NCBI GenBank assembly: GCA_023461435.1
Contig: JAEYLC010000010.1
Span: 78,669 to 142,668 of the forward strand
Reading direction: 5' to 3'
Length of the DNA stretch: 64,000 bases
Source: Bacillota bacterium
GTDB lineage: Bacteria > Bacillota > Clostridia > Christensenellales > SZUA-584
Positions 23,439 to 34,285 of the stretch are shown here, one piece after another. A program made the translations under genes and the position numbers. How positions within the stretch are numbered: position 1 is the stretch's first letter; each line of letters begins with the position of its first letter. The notes under the pieces were generated by a model. It saw only the letters and a program-made list of their open reading frames with translations, had not been told where the DNA came from and did not search any database.

Positions 23439-24371
23439 ATGGCGCACACATCGGTGCTGCTTAGCGAAACGGTGGACGCGTTGAACCTGAAGCCTGGCAT
23501 GACAGTCGTGGACGGGACGTTGGGCGGCGGCGGCCATTCGCTCGAGATACTTAAAAGAATCGTGCCGGGCGGGCGGCTGATCGGTATTGATAAGGACACT
23601 TACGCGATCGGGCAGGCCAGGGAACGGCTCAGGGATTTCACGGACGAAACGGTGTTCGTCCACAATGATTTTCGGAATATCAAAGACATACTCAGTATGC
23701 TTGATATAAATGGGATAGACGGAGCGGTGCTGGACCTTGGAGTTTCATCGTTCCAGCTGGACCAATGTAACAGGGGGTTTTCATATCATTTAGATTCAAG
23801 GCTTGACATGCGCATGAACAGAGAAGACTCGGCATGCGCCGCGGATATCGTCAACAGCTATTCGCAGCAGGACCTTGAACGAATACTGCGGGATTATGGT
23901 GAGGAAAGATGGGCAGCCAGAATCGCTTCGTTCATTGTGAGGGAACGAAGCGAGCGACCCATTGAGACCACCGGACATCTCGTTGAGGTCATTAAAAAGG
24001 CGGTTCCGAGCGGAGCACGGAAGGATGGGCCTCATCCGGGGCGCAGGACGTTTCAGGCGCTGAGGATAGAGGTCAACGGAGAATTGGACGCGATAAAAAA
24101 CGCGCTGCTCCATTTCGTGGAGGCTTTAAAGCCGAACGCCCGGATCGCCGTGATTACCTTCCACTCCCTGGAAGACCGAATTGTCAAGCAGGAATTCAAA
24201 CGGTTTGAGAATCCGTGCGAATGCCCCAGCGAATTTCCGGTATGTGTCTGCGGCAAGGTGCCGATGGGCAAAGTGGTGACAAGAAAGCCGATATTGCCGT
24301 CAGACAAAGAAGTTGAGGAAAACAGCCGGTCCAGAAGCGCAAAGCTTCGCGTGTTCGAGGCGCGCGGATAG
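23439..24371 (+). CDS. rsmH: 16S rRNA (cytosine1402-N4)-methyltransferase
   Basis: HTSVLLSE...VDGTLGGGGHS...LDLGVSSFQLD...FHSLEDRIVK are canonical RsmH motifs. Confidence 0.95.
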   Translation: MAHTSVLLSETVDALNLKPGMTVVDGTLGGGGHSLEILKRIVPGGRLIGIDKDTYAIGQARERLRDFTDETVFVHNDFRNIKDILSMLDINGIDGAVLDLGVSSFQLDQCNRGFSYHLDSRLDMRMNREDSACAADIVNSYSQQDLERILRDYGEERWAARIASFIVRERSERPIETTGHLVEVIKKAVPSGARKDGPHPGRRTFQALRIEVNGELDAIKNALLHFVEALKPNARIAVITFHSLEDRIVKQEFKRFENPCECPSEFPVCVCGKVPMGKVVTRKPILPSDKEVEENSRSRSAKLRVFEARG

Positions 24372-24382
24372 GGGAGTGCAGC

Positions 24383-24895
24383 ATGCAGTCAGCACAAAGA
24401 AAATACGATTATGAGGTCACTCAATACCCTGCAGGAAAAAGAGTAGTCAAGATGCAGGGAAATGTCGCATATATTAGTATCGATCCTGAAAGACCTGCAA
24501 CCAAAACCCGGCCGGCTGCGCATCCTGCCCGGAAAGCGCAAAGGAAGCAGCAGCCAAAGAGCAAGGCACAGGCCGCGGCAGCAGCCAGACAGCAGGCGCT
24601 GCGCCGTGAGCGCGTCCGGTCGAGGAAGAGCCTCATCTCCACGCTGTTTGTTGTGTTTGTGGCATTCTGCGCTCTGTCGCTGATGGTTTCACGCTATGCC
24701 GTGATCTGCACCATCGGCATCAGAAACAATGAGATCAAGGAAAACATTGAAGCGCTTGATGCCCAGATCGACGAGCTTTCTCTGGAAATGGAACTCAGCG
24801 ACAACGTGGAAGTTGTTCAGAGCAAAGCGCAGGATGAGCTCCATATGGCATACCCGCGTCAGGATCAAAAGATATCAATGAATATGAGCGGCTGA
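24383..24895 (+). CDS. ftsL: FtsL-like cell-division protein with basic N-terminal extension
   Basis: Position in the dcw cluster, one TM (LISTLFVVFVAFCALSLMV), then a coiled-coil segment (NEIKENIEALDAQIDELSLEMEL). Confidence 0.7.
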   Translation: MQSAQRKYDYEVTQYPAGKRVVKMQGNVAYISIDPERPATKTRPAAHPARKAQRKQQPKSKAQAAAAARQQALRRERVRSRKSLISTLFVVFVAFCALSLMVSRYAVICTIGIRNNEIKENIEALDAQIDELSLEMELSDNVEVVQSKAQDELHMAYPRQDQKISMNMSG

Positions 24896-27063
24896 TGACC
24901 AAGAAAACAAGCAAAAATAAAATACCCAAGGAAAGCGGCAAAAACACGCAGACTTCCTTGAAATCGAAAAAAAGACTGCTGTTTTTGATGACGGTGGTCG
25001 TCGTGCTTTTTTCTGCGCTTGTCGTGAAGATGGGACTCATCATATTCGTGCAGGGAGACATGCTGCGCGAAAAGGCGCTCATCCAGCAAACGCGGGACCT
25101 CGTGGTCAGCGCGAAGCGCGGCAGCATTGTGGACCGCAACGGCAACGTGCTTGCGCAGAGCGCCAACGCCCAAACCGTGGTGCTGCGTCCCGCCGAGGTG
25201 AAGAAGGGGAACCCGGAGGAAATTTCCCGGGTGCTCGCCGAGAAGCTTGGGCTTGTGTATGAAGATGTGCTGAAGCTCGCCACCGACAGCAAGAAGTCGG
25301 AAGTGTGGCTCAAACGCCAGGTGGATAACGACGTCGCGGATGACTTGAGGGAGCTGAACCTCCCCGGCGTGTATTTTACGATAGATGTGAAGAGGTATTA
25401 CCCGAACGGCGCGTTTATGACGCAGACGCTTGGGTTCACATCGGTGGACGGCAACGGCCTTGAAGGGCTGGAAGCGTATTTCGACAAGTATCTGTCGGGG
25501 CAGAACGGCATGATCGTGTCTGAGGCCGACAGAGACGGACGCGAGGTTCCCCTCGGAGAAAAAGCGTATGTCGCGCCTGTGGACGGCTACGATGTGGTAT
25601 TGACCGTCGACGAGGTGATACAAAGCTTCCTTGAAAAGTCGCTTGAGGAAGCCATGGTTCAGCAAAACGCGCTCGGCGCGTGGGGCATCGTGATGGATCC
25701 GATGACGGGCGGCATACTCGCGCTCGGGAGCTATCCCGATTACGATCTCAATACGCCACCCCGGGACGATATGGAGAAGCTCACGGAGCTGTCGCGCAAC
25801 AAGGTGATCACAGACGTGTATGAACCGGGTTCCACGTTCAAAGCCGTGACATGCGCCTCGGCTCTCGACAGCGGCGCCATTACCACGGAGGAGACATTTG
25901 ACTGCTCGGGCAGTTACCCCGTAGAAGGACAGCCGATCAAGTGCTGGCGATACCCGCGCGGGCATGGGCATCAGGACCTTTACAAGGCAGTGCAGAACTC
26001 GTGCAACGTGGCCTTCATGCAGATGGGCCTTAAAATGGGCACGGAAACGTTCTACGATTATATCTACAAGTTCGGCTTCGGCCAGAACACAGGGATCACA
26101 TACCCTGCCGACCAGGGCGGTATCGTCATGGGAGAAAAATATGTGCGAAACAGTGACCTCGCTCGAATTGCGTTCGGGCAATCTATAGCCGTGACACCAT
26201 TGCAATTGATCTCCTCATTCAGTGCGGTGGTGAACGGCGGTTTTTTATACAAACCGATGCTGGTCAAGGGAATCACGGACAGCAGCGGTAACTATATTAA
26301 AGAGTTTGAGCCCACTGTGGTGTCTTCGCCCATAAAGCCCGAGACGTCCGCCACGATGCGCAGCATACTCGAAAGCGTTGTCACCGAAGGCAGCGGCAAG
26401 AACGCCTACATTCCGGGCTACCGCGTCGGCGGAAAAACGGGCACGGCACAGAAGTACGACGAGAACCATCAGGTGATGACAGGCAAGCACATCGCGTCGT
26501 TTATCGGCTTCGCGCCCGCGGACGACCCGAAGCTCTGTGTGCTGATCATCGTGGATGAGCCGACCGTGCCGATCGATTTCGGCAGCGTCGTCGCCGCGCC
26601 GTATGTGAAGAACGTGCTGCTGGAATCGCTTCAATACATGGGCGTGGAGCCCGACTACACGCAGGTCGCGGCGTCCGCTCAGCAGACTGTGCCGAACCTT
26701 GTGAATATGGACGGCGATGCGGCGGCGGTGACGCTCGATGCGCTGCATCTCAAATACATATACAACGGAACAGGTACGGTGACGAATCAACTGCCCGCGC
26801 CCGAAACGCTGGTGGACGAAGGCACGACCGTGTGTCTTTATATGTCCCAGCCGGATACCGTCGATTTTACAGGCAAGATCGAGGTGCCGGACCTTACCGG
26901 CAAGACGATCATGGAAGCGTCGCAGATACTTGAAGACTGTCATTTAACGCTTGGCATCTCAGGAACCGGTACGGCTGTCTATCAAAATCCCGCAGCGAAA
27001 GAGCTTGTTGACCCGGGGACCAAGATAATGGTGGATTTCACCGGCTCGGCAAATACAGGATAA
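24895..27063 (+). CDS. Class B penicillin-binding protein (FtsI/PBP2B/SpoVD type) with two PASTA domains
   Basis: SxxK (GSTFKAV), SxN (NSCNVAF), KTG (GKTGTAQ). C-terminal PASTA-like repeats. The start overlaps the ftsL stop (TGATG). Confidence 0.92.
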   Translation: MTKKTSKNKIPKESGKNTQTSLKSKKRLLFLMTVVVVLFSALVVKMGLIIFVQGDMLREKALIQQTRDLVVSAKRGSIVDRNGNVLAQSANAQTVVLRPAEVKKGNPEEISRVLAEKLGLVYEDVLKLATDSKKSEVWLKRQVDNDVADDLRELNLPGVYFTIDVKRYYPNGAFMTQTLGFTSVDGNGLEGLEAYFDKYLSGQNGMIVSEADRDGREVPLGEKAYVAPVDGYDVVLTVDEVIQSFLEKSLEEAMVQQNALGAWGIVMDPMTGGILALGSYPDYDLNTPPRDDMEKLTELSRNKVITDVYEPGSTFKAVTCASALDSGAITTEETFDCSGSYPVEGQPIKCWRYPRGHGHQDLYKAVQNSCNVAFMQMGLKMGTETFYDYIYKFGFGQNTGITYPADQGGIVMGEKYVRNSDLARIAFGQSIAVTPLQLISSFSAVVNGGFLYKPMLVKGITDSSGNYIKEFEPTVVSSPIKPETSATMRSILESVVTEGSGKNAYIPGYRVGGKTGTAQKYDENHQVMTGKHIASFIGFAPADDPKLCVLIIVDEPTVPIDFGSVVAAPYVKNVLLESLQYMGVEPDYTQVAASAQQTVPNLVNMDGDAAAVTLDALHLKYIYNGTGTVTNQLPAPETLVDEGTTVCLYMSQPDTVDFTGKIEVPDLTGKTIMEASQILEDCHLTLGISGTGTAVYQNPAAKELVDPGTKIMVDFTGSANTG

Positions 27064-27074
27064 CAGCGAAGAAG

Positions 27075-27110
27075 CCCCGAAAAGCGCCGCTTTTTGGGGC
27101 GGCATTTTTT
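27075..27110 (+). terminator. Internal dcw terminator-like hairpin after the PBP gene
   Basis: CCCCGAAAAG-cgccg-CTTTTTGGGG (one G-U pair), or alternatively GCCGC...GCGGC, followed by ATTTTTTAT. Confidence 0.55.
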
Positions 27111-27213
27111 ATACGTTACATTCTGTCCGCATTGTGTTATAATCCATGCGGAATTGCTTTAATACGGGGCCCCCGGAAGGAAAAGCTTTTGGGGTGGATG
27201 GGAGGACAACTTA

Positions 27214-28656
27214 TTGAAGCTGGGAGAACTGTGCGGCAGCGGAATGCGCATTTTGGGGGATGTGCAGACTGAAATCGAAAGCGTGGCTTATGATTCGAGA
27301 AAAGTGTGCAAGGGGGCACTCTTTTTCTGCATCAGCGGATACAAAACGGACGGACACAGCTATGCGCAGTCGGCGGTCGACAACGGCGCGGCGGCGCTTA
27401 TGGTCACACGGCCTTTGGATATCGGCGTGCCGCAGATCGTCGTGGACGACGCGCGCATGGCGATGGCGTATATATCCCGAGAGTTTTACGGCAGGCCCGA
27501 TGAGCGTCTGACGATGATCGGCATCACGGGCACAAAGGGCAAGACGACAACCACCTACATGATCAAATCCGTGATGGAAGCGGCGGGCAGGAAAATGGGG
27601 CTCATCGGCACGATCATCAACATGATCGGCTCCACGGAGCTGCATACCGACCGCACCACGCCCGAATCGCCCGATCTTTTCGCGCTGCTGCGCCAGATGG
27701 CCGACGAGAGCTGCGATGCTGTGGTGATGGAGGTGTCGTCGCACTCGCTCTATTTGGGGCGTGTGGCGGGCATCACGTTCGACGTGGGCGTGTTCACAAA
27801 CATGTCGCGCGACCACCTCGATTTTCATGAAACGTTTGATAACTACATGTCGGCCAAGAAGCTGCTTTTTCATATGACAGCGCATGGCGCCGTCAACGCG
27901 GATGACGCGGTGTCGTCGTTCATGATGGAGGGCATCGATATCGATTGGCTGACTTACGGAATAAAGGAAAAATCGGACATCTATGCGAGAAACATCGAGA
28001 TCACACCCAAGGGCGTGAGCTTTGACCTGTGCAGCGTACGCGGCATGATACCGATCGACCTCAACATACCGGGCATTTTCAGCGTGTACAACGCGCTGTC
28101 TGCGGCGACCGCCTGCATGCACCTCGGCGTGGGCCTCGAAACGATCAAAACGGGCCTTGAGGCGATGCCGCGCGTGGCCGGACGTTTTGAGGTGCTCGAC
28201 ACCGGAAACCAGCCGTTCACAATTATACTCGATTACGCGCACACACCCGACAGCCTGGAGAATACGCTGTTAACAGTAAAGGGTTTTGCGCGCGGACGGA
28301 TCATCACAGTGTTTGGCTGCGGCGGCGACCGCGACCGCGGAAAACGGCCCATGATGGGTGAAATCGCGGGGCGGCTCTCGACGTTTACGGTGATCACGTC
28401 GGATAATCCGCGCACGGAAAACCCGTTTGATATCATCGCGGAAATTGAGGCGGGCATCAAGAAAGCGGACTGCGAATATGTGAGCATCGAGAACCGGCGC
28501 GCCGCCATTCGTTACGCGATACAGAATGCGTACCCGGACGACATCATCGTGCTGGCCGGCAAAGGGCATGAGACATATCAGGAGATAAACGGCGTCAAGC
28601 ACCCCTTTGACGAAAAGATCGTCGTCAAAGAGCTGCTGAGTGAAAACCTGAAATAA
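27214..28656 (+). CDS. murE: UDP-N-acetylmuramoyl-L-alanyl-D-glutamate--2,6-diaminopimelate ligase
   Basis: GITGTKGKTTT P-loop. The DNPR motif (ITSDNPRTENP) indicates meso-DAP specificity. TTG start. An extended -10 TGTTATAAT lies at 27135-27143 upstream. Confidence 0.93.
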   Translation: MKLGELCGSGMRILGDVQTEIESVAYDSRKVCKGALFFCISGYKTDGHSYAQSAVDNGAAALMVTRPLDIGVPQIVVDDARMAMAYISREFYGRPDERLTMIGITGTKGKTTTTYMIKSVMEAAGRKMGLIGTIINMIGSTELHTDRTTPESPDLFALLRQMADESCDAVVMEVSSHSLYLGRVAGITFDVGVFTNMSRDHLDFHETFDNYMSAKKLLFHMTAHGAVNADDAVSSFMMEGIDIDWLTYGIKEKSDIYARNIEITPKGVSFDLCSVRGMIPIDLNIPGIFSVYNALSAATACMHLGVGLETIKTGLEAMPRVAGRFEVLDTGNQPFTIILDYAHTPDSLENTLLTVKGFARGRIITVFGCGGDRDRGKRPMMGEIAGRLSTFTVITSDNPRTENPFDIIAEIEAGIKKADCEYVSIENRRAAIRYAIQNAYPDDIIVLAGKGHETYQEINGVKHPFDEKIVVKELLSENLK

Positions 28657-28688
28657 TAACAAATGGCATACGGGAGAGATAAGGCGAT

Positions 28689-29687
28689 ATGGATATCATC
28701 ATTTACTCGGTGCTCACTGCGTTTTTCGTCGCATTGGCAGCGGGATATGTAGGGGTGCCGCTGCTGAAAAGGCTGAAATTCGGCCAGCAGATCAGAGACG
28801 ACGGCCCTCAGACACATCTTAGCAAGGCGGGCACGCCGACGATGGGCGGCCTTATTATTCTTGTCGGACTTTTTGCGGCTTCGCTGATTTTTGCGCGGGG
28901 CAGCTATGATTATATGTGGTTTGCGCTGGGCGTAACGCTCGGCTTCGGGCTGATCGGCCTGATGGATGATCTGATCATCGTGCTCAAAAAGCGCTCTCTC
29001 GGGCTCAAAGCTTATCAAAAGATCATCGGACAGCTTGGTATCGCGCTGATCGTGGCGTTTTTTGCATACAACAACCCTGCGATCGGCTCCAAGCTGATCG
29101 TGCCGTTCTTCGGCGTGGAGTGGGATCTCGGCGTCTGGTACATTCCGTTTACCGTGATCGCCGTGGTGTTGATCGTCAACAGCGTGAACTTAACCGACGG
29201 CCTCGACGGCCTCGCCTCAGGCGTGGTGCTGATCAATACCGCGACCTATGCGCTGATCTTCTTTGGCATGTACGAGCTGTTTACGGCGGGCGGGCAGACG
29301 CTCGCGGCGGCGGGCACCAGCAATATGATGGTGTTCTCGGCGGCGGTGACGGGCGCGTGCCTTGGGTTCCTGCGCTTCAACACGTATCCGGCCAAGGTAT
29401 TTATGGGCGACACCGGCTCACTCGCGCTCGGCGGCGCCGTATCTGTGATCGGCGTGGTCTCCCGCCTGCAGCTGCTGATGATCATCACGGGCTTTATGGT
29501 GCTGATGTCGGCCATCTCGGTGATCCTTCAGGTCGGGTCGTACAAAACGCGCAAGAAGCGCATTTTCAAGATGGCGCCGCTGCATCACCATTTTGAGCTC
29601 AAAGGCATGCCTGAAACAAGAATCGTTGCCTTTTACTATATGATCACCATCATACTGTGCCTGGTGGGCATACTGGCGGTCAATTAG
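28689..29687 (+). CDS. mraY: Phospho-N-acetylmuramoyl-pentapeptide transferase
   Basis: NSVNLTDGLDGLAS and APLHHHFE motifs; polytopic. Confidence 0.95.
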   Translation: MDIIIYSVLTAFFVALAAGYVGVPLLKRLKFGQQIRDDGPQTHLSKAGTPTMGGLIILVGLFAASLIFARGSYDYMWFALGVTLGFGLIGLMDDLIIVLKKRSLGLKAYQKIIGQLGIALIVAFFAYNNPAIGSKLIVPFFGVEWDLGVWYIPFTVIAVVLIVNSVNLTDGLDGLASGVVLINTATYALIFFGMYELFTAGGQTLAAAGTSNMMVFSAAVTGACLGFLRFNTYPAKVFMGDTGSLALGGAVSVIGVVSRLQLLMIITGFMVLMSAISVILQVGSYKTRKKRIFKMAPLHHHFELKGMPETRIVAFYYMITIILCLVGILAVN

Positions 29688-29695
29688 GAGGAAGC

Positions 29696-31048
29696 ATGGA
29701 TTACAAAGGGAAAAAAGTCATGGTGGTCGGCATGGCCAAAAGCGGCCTTGCCAGCGCGCGTCTGCTGCTCGATGTGGGCGCTAAGGTCGTGCTGTACGAC
29801 ATGAAAACGGCGGACCAGTTTCCGGACGGGACTTTCGATGAGTTTGAAGGACGGGCGGAGCTCGCGCTTGGCGCGGACGCCGGTGCCGCGGCGAAAAGCT
29901 GTGACGCGCTTGTGCTGAGCCCCGGCGTGCCCACAAATCTTGGCTTTATCACGCAGGCGAGGGCAGACGGCAAGAGCGTCATCGGGGAGATCGAGCTCGG
30001 CTTCTTGTATTCGCAGGCCGAATTCGTGGCCATCACGGGCACAAACGGCAAGACCACAACCACGGCGCTCACGGGCGAGATATTCAAAAACGCGGGGTTT
30101 GTCACGCATGTGCTCGGCAACATCGGCGTGCCGATCGCGGGTGAGGCGCTGAAAACAAAAAAGGGCGATATCGTGGTGGCGGAAACAGCCGCTTTGCAGC
30201 TCGATACCATCGACACATACCGCCCGCACGCATGCACGGTGCTCAACGTGACGGAAGACCATTTGAACCGCTATATCACGATGGAAAACTACACGGCGGC
30301 CAAGGAACTCATATTCAAGAACCAGACGCCTGCTGATTTTTGTGTGCTCAATTACGACAATGCGATCACGCGCGCGATGGAGGGCAACCAAAAATCCAAA
30401 GTAATTTGGTTTTCGCGGAAAGTTCCGCTTCCCAGCGGCGTATCTATAGAAGAAGGGCGCATTGTCAGCAAAGAGGCGGGCGGTGTTCATGCGATCTGCC
30501 GTCCCGAGGAGATCAATATACCGGGGCTTCACAATCTCGAAAACGCGCTTGCGGCGACCGCGCTCGCACGCTGTTACGGCATTGCCGAAAGCGTGATACG
30601 CGATACGCTGATGACGTTCCCGGGGGTGGAGCACAGGATCGAGTTCGTGCGTGAGCTTGATGGTATCCGCTACATCAACGATTCAAAGGGAACCAATCCG
30701 GACGCCACGGAGAAGGCGGCTGACGCGATGACACGGCCCACCGTGCTCATATTGGGCGGCTACGATAAGAAGAACAGCTTTGTTTCCCTGTTTGAAGGGT
30801 TCGGGCCGCTGATCAGGTACGTTGTCGCGATCGGCGCGACGCAGCAAAAGATTATGAGCGACGCAAAAACTGCGGGGTTTGGCAGCATCTGTACGGCGGA
30901 CAGCTTTGAAGAGGCTGTTCAAAAAGCGCGCGGCCTTGCCGCGGACGGCTGGAATGTGCTGCTGTCTCCCGCATGCGCGAGTTACGATATGTTCAGCGAT
31001 TTTGAACAGAGAGGAAGAGTTTTTAAAGACATCGTCAATGCGTTTTAG
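29696..31048 (+). CDS. murD: UDP-N-acetylmuramoylalanine--D-glutamate ligase
   Basis: MDYKGKKVMVVGMAKSGLA Rossmann N-terminus, ITGTNGKTTTT P-loop. AGGAGG lies before ATG 29696. The track ORF's upstream extension overlaps mraY. Confidence 0.93.
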   Translation: MDYKGKKVMVVGMAKSGLASARLLLDVGAKVVLYDMKTADQFPDGTFDEFEGRAELALGADAGAAAKSCDALVLSPGVPTNLGFITQARADGKSVIGEIELGFLYSQAEFVAITGTNGKTTTTALTGEIFKNAGFVTHVLGNIGVPIAGEALKTKKGDIVVAETAALQLDTIDTYRPHACTVLNVTEDHLNRYITMENYTAAKELIFKNQTPADFCVLNYDNAITRAMEGNQKSKVIWFSRKVPLPSGVSIEEGRIVSKEAGGVHAICRPEEINIPGLHNLENALAATALARCYGIAESVIRDTLMTFPGVEHRIEFVRELDGIRYINDSKGTNPDATEKAADAMTRPTVLILGGYDKKNSFVSLFEGFGPLIRYVVAIGATQQKIMSDAKTAGFGSICTADSFEEAVQKARGLAADGWNVLLSPACASYDMFSDFEQRGRVFKDIVNAF

Positions 31049-31056
31049 GGGGAAGC

Positions 31057-32163
31057 ATGGCCAAACGATCCATTGATTATCCGCTTTTGGTTGTCACATT
31101 GATACTCGTGATGTTTGGCATACTGATGGTTTTCAGCGCGAGCTACTATTACGCGGAGAACAGCTCAAATACGCAGAACGACGCGCTGTTTTACTTCTGG
31201 AAGCAAATCAGCGGCGCGGCGATGGGCCTTGTGGCCCTGATCGCCGGCATGCTGTTCGATTATAACAAATTCAAGAAACTGCGCTTTGTGATACTCGGCA
31301 TCGGCTTTCTGCTGATGCTGCTTGTGTTTGTACCCGGCATCGGCATCGAAAGAAACGGGTCGCACCGCTGGGTGAACCTGGTCATACTCGATCTGCAGTC
31401 TATCGAAGTCTTAAAGTTTGCGATTATCATATTCATGGCGGCGGGCATTTCCATCAATCATGAAAAGATGAGACAGTTTAAGTACGGCATGGCGCCGTAT
31501 CTTGTGCTGCTGATGATGGCCGCGGTGTTGCTCTATTTTCAGCCCAATTTCAGCGCGGTGGTTACGCTCGCGCTTGTGATGTTTGCGATGATGCTGGTGG
31601 GCGGGGCGAACCTTGTGCACTTCGGCATTATGGGCGCTGCCGGCATCGGCGGCGGCGCGCTTGCGATGGTCGCAACGCAGTACCGCATGGACAGAATATT
31701 CGCGTTTATGGATCCGTGGAAATACGCGGGCGATGAAAGCTATCAGCTTGTCCAGTCGCTGTACTCCATCGGCTCGGGCGGGTTTTTCGGCCTCGGCCTC
31801 GGGAACTCGCGCCAGAAATATCTTTATCTTCCTTACATGGAGTCGGACTGCATATTCGCGATCATCGTGGAAGAGCTCGGTTTTTTCGGCGGTCTGCTCG
31901 TGCTCCTCGCCTTTGGGATACTGATATGGCGCGGCGTCCGCATCGCGCTGCGCGCGCCCAATATGTTCGGGACGATGCTCGCGACGGGCATCACGGCGCT
32001 GATCGCGATACAGGTTTTCATCAACATCGGCGTGGTGACCGGCCTTGTGCCGCCGACGGGCGTTGTGCTGCCGTTTATCAGCGCGGGACGTACCTCCCTG
32101 ATCATGTTCATGGGCTGTATCGGCGTCTTGCTCAACATATCCAAACAGTCACACACGGCGTAA
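31057..32163 (+). CDS. ftsW: SEDS-family peptidoglycan glycosyltransferase FtsW/SpoVE
   Basis: 10-TM SEDS pattern, QLVQSLYSIGSGGFFGLGLGNS and PESHTDFIF-like ESDCIFAII motifs. Confidence 0.9.
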   Translation: MAKRSIDYPLLVVTLILVMFGILMVFSASYYYAENSSNTQNDALFYFWKQISGAAMGLVALIAGMLFDYNKFKKLRFVILGIGFLLMLLVFVPGIGIERNGSHRWVNLVILDLQSIEVLKFAIIIFMAAGISINHEKMRQFKYGMAPYLVLLMMAAVLLYFQPNFSAVVTLALVMFAMMLVGGANLVHFGIMGAAGIGGGALAMVATQYRMDRIFAFMDPWKYAGDESYQLVQSLYSIGSGGFFGLGLGNSRQKYLYLPYMESDCIFAIIVEELGFFGGLLVLLAFGILIWRGVRIALRAPNMFGTMLATGITALIAIQVFINIGVVTGLVPPTGVVLPFISAGRTSLIMFMGCIGVLLNISKQSHTA

Positions 32164-32230
32164 AAGCACCAATTGGCCTCATCGGCATAAGATATTACTA
32201 TGTGATAGATGATATGCGGGGGAGGCCATT

Positions 32231-33484
32231 ATGGCAAAATTGATTATAAACGGCGGTTCAAGGCTGGAGGGCGAAATCGCAGTTCAGGGTGCGAAAAACG
32301 CTGCGCTTCCTGTCTTTGCGGCTGCCCTGCTGACTGAAGAACCAGTCATCATATATAACTGGCCGGCAATTTCGGATGTGTATTATATGCTCTCAATACT
32401 TGAACACATCGGCGCATACGTAAACTTTGAAAAAGACCGTCTGGTGATTGATACGCGGCGCGCGCTGCGCTGGGAAATGCCCGACAGGCTGGCCAAAGAG
32501 ATTCGATCATCGATATTCATGATGGGGCCCATACTTGCGCGCTTTCGCATGGCGAGGTTTACTTACCCCGGCGGATGCGAAATCGGCAGCAGGCCTATCG
32601 ATCTGCACTTAAGGGGCCTTCGAAGCCTGGGCGTCAATATCACCGAAGCGGGCGGGCATATCATGTGCGAGGGCAGAAAGCTCAAAGGCGGCGATGTCCA
32701 TCTTGATTATCCGAGCGTGGGAGCCACGGAAAATCTGATGATGGCGGCGGCGCTCGCACCGGGCAATACGGTCATCAGAAACGCGGCGAGAGAGCCTGAA
32801 ATCGTCGAGCTGCAGAACGTCATCAATCAGATGGGCGGCAATGTGAACGGCGCTGGGACGAGCACGGTGACCATTGAGGGCAAGAGCCATCTCGGCGGGT
32901 TTTCATATACATGCATGCCCGACAGAATCGTGGCAGGCACGTTTATGACGGCGGCTGTGATTACCAACGGAAAAATTACGGTCAAGAATATCATCCCGGA
33001 GCATCTGTTTGCCATCACGGCCAAGCTCAGAGAAGCCGGTGCGAAGGTCGATGTTTTTGATGATGCGATCACGGTGACGGGGCAGGGCCGCCCGAGAGAG
33101 ATGCATCTGATCGAAACCGGGCCGTATCCCGGGTTCCCGACGGATATGCAGGCGCAAATGTGCACAGCGGCCAGCATCGCCAAGGGCACCAGCATCATTG
33201 TGGAAAGCGTATTCGACAACCGTTTCAAACATGTGACCGAGCTGCAAAGGATGGGCGCAAACATCGTGATTAAGAACAACGTGGCTGTGATCAAAGGCGT
33301 GGAAAAGCTGCACGGCGCGGAGGTTACGGCGATGGATCTGCGCGGCGGCGCGGCGCTCGTGCTGGCAGGCCTTTGTGCGGATGGCACCACAATCGTGGAG
33401 CAGGCCAAGATCATCGACAGGGGATATGAAACGTTTGAATCGGAGATGAACCTGCTCGGTGCGGATATCAAAAGAGAGGAGTGA
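32231..33484 (+). CDS. murA: UDP-N-acetylglucosamine 1-carboxyvinyltransferase
   Basis: VQGAKNAALP and the active-site loop YPGGCEIGSRPIDLH, with Cys retained. Confidence 0.93.
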   Translation: MAKLIINGGSRLEGEIAVQGAKNAALPVFAAALLTEEPVIIYNWPAISDVYYMLSILEHIGAYVNFEKDRLVIDTRRALRWEMPDRLAKEIRSSIFMMGPILARFRMARFTYPGGCEIGSRPIDLHLRGLRSLGVNITEAGGHIMCEGRKLKGGDVHLDYPSVGATENLMMAAALAPGNTVIRNAAREPEIVELQNVINQMGGNVNGAGTSTVTIEGKSHLGGFSYTCMPDRIVAGTFMTAAVITNGKITVKNIIPEHLFAITAKLREAGAKVDVFDDAITVTGQGRPREMHLIETGPYPGFPTDMQAQMCTAASIAKGTSIIVESVFDNRFKHVTELQRMGANIVIKNNVAVIKGVEKLHGAEVTAMDLRGGAALVLAGLCADGTTIVEQAKIIDRGYETFESEMNLLGADIKREE

Positions 33485-33488
33485 CCGA

Positions 33489-34202
33489 TTGAAAAAGGGC
33501 AGAAGGGTATTAACGATCGCAGCGCTGGTGATTTTCATCGGCGCACTCGTTTTTGTTGCCTTTGAGCTTTTTCAGGTGAGGATGATCACCGTCGCGGGGT
33601 GCGAGACGCGCAGTCAGGACGATATTATCGCGCTGACCGGGCTTGAGTATAATACGAGCATTTTCGAAGTGGACAAGCAGCAGGTCATGAACAATCTATA
33701 TGCGGATGCGTATATAAAGCCGGTCGATGTTGAAATCAAATACCCCGATAATGTGATCATCACGATCGAGGAGAGAAAAGAAGCGGCGCGCATCCAGAAG
33801 GACAGCGCCTATATCGTGATTGACCGCGAGGGTTGGGTGCTGCGCCTTGACGCGCAGGCGGATGAAGCTGCATATCCGCTGGTGACCGGTCTGCCTGCTA
33901 ATACGGTGCTGGTCGGACAGCAGATCGGAACCAGCGATACATTCAAAATCGGCGTGCTGACACGCGTGCTTGACGCCTTAAAATCGGCTGAAATTGCGCC
34001 GACCGCCATCGACATCTCGCTGGCTGCGGACATCGTCATCGAGCTGCCCGACGGTTTGAAGGTGGAGATCGGGGACGACACGGCGCTCGAAGAGAAAATC
34101 AAGCTCATGAAAGCGTCACAGAATGAAATCGCGGGGCTGGGCAAGGCAGGCGGCGTTCTTGATGTGTCATCGGCTAAAAATGCCTACTACAGAGAGAAAT
34201 AG
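33489..34202 (+). CDS. ftsQ: Cell-division protein FtsQ/DivIB (TM + POTRA)
   Basis: One TM, POTRA-like VRMITVAGCETRSQDDIIALTGL. I prefer TTG 33489 (GAGGAG 7 nt upstream) over the track's GTG 33459, which overlaps murA. Confidence 0.75.
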   Translation: MKKGRRVLTIAALVIFIGALVFVAFELFQVRMITVAGCETRSQDDIIALTGLEYNTSIFEVDKQQVMNNLYADAYIKPVDVEIKYPDNVIITIEERKEAARIQKDSAYIVIDREGWVLRLDAQADEAAYPLVTGLPANTVLVGQQIGTSDTFKIGVLTRVLDALKSAEIAPTAIDISLAADIVIELPDGLKVEIGDDTALEEKIKLMKASQNEIAGLGKAGGVLDVSSAKNAYYREK

Positions 34203-34285
34203 ATCAAAAATATTGTTATTTATTATAAACATGGTATTATATTAATAAAGTGTTCTATTGTTTTTCTGATTTTTAAGGGGATATT

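Noticed and set aside
24865-26205. 446-aa ORF antisense to the class B PBP gene
   Set aside because: The SxxK, SxN and KTG motifs are on the plus strand. This is a shadow ORF.
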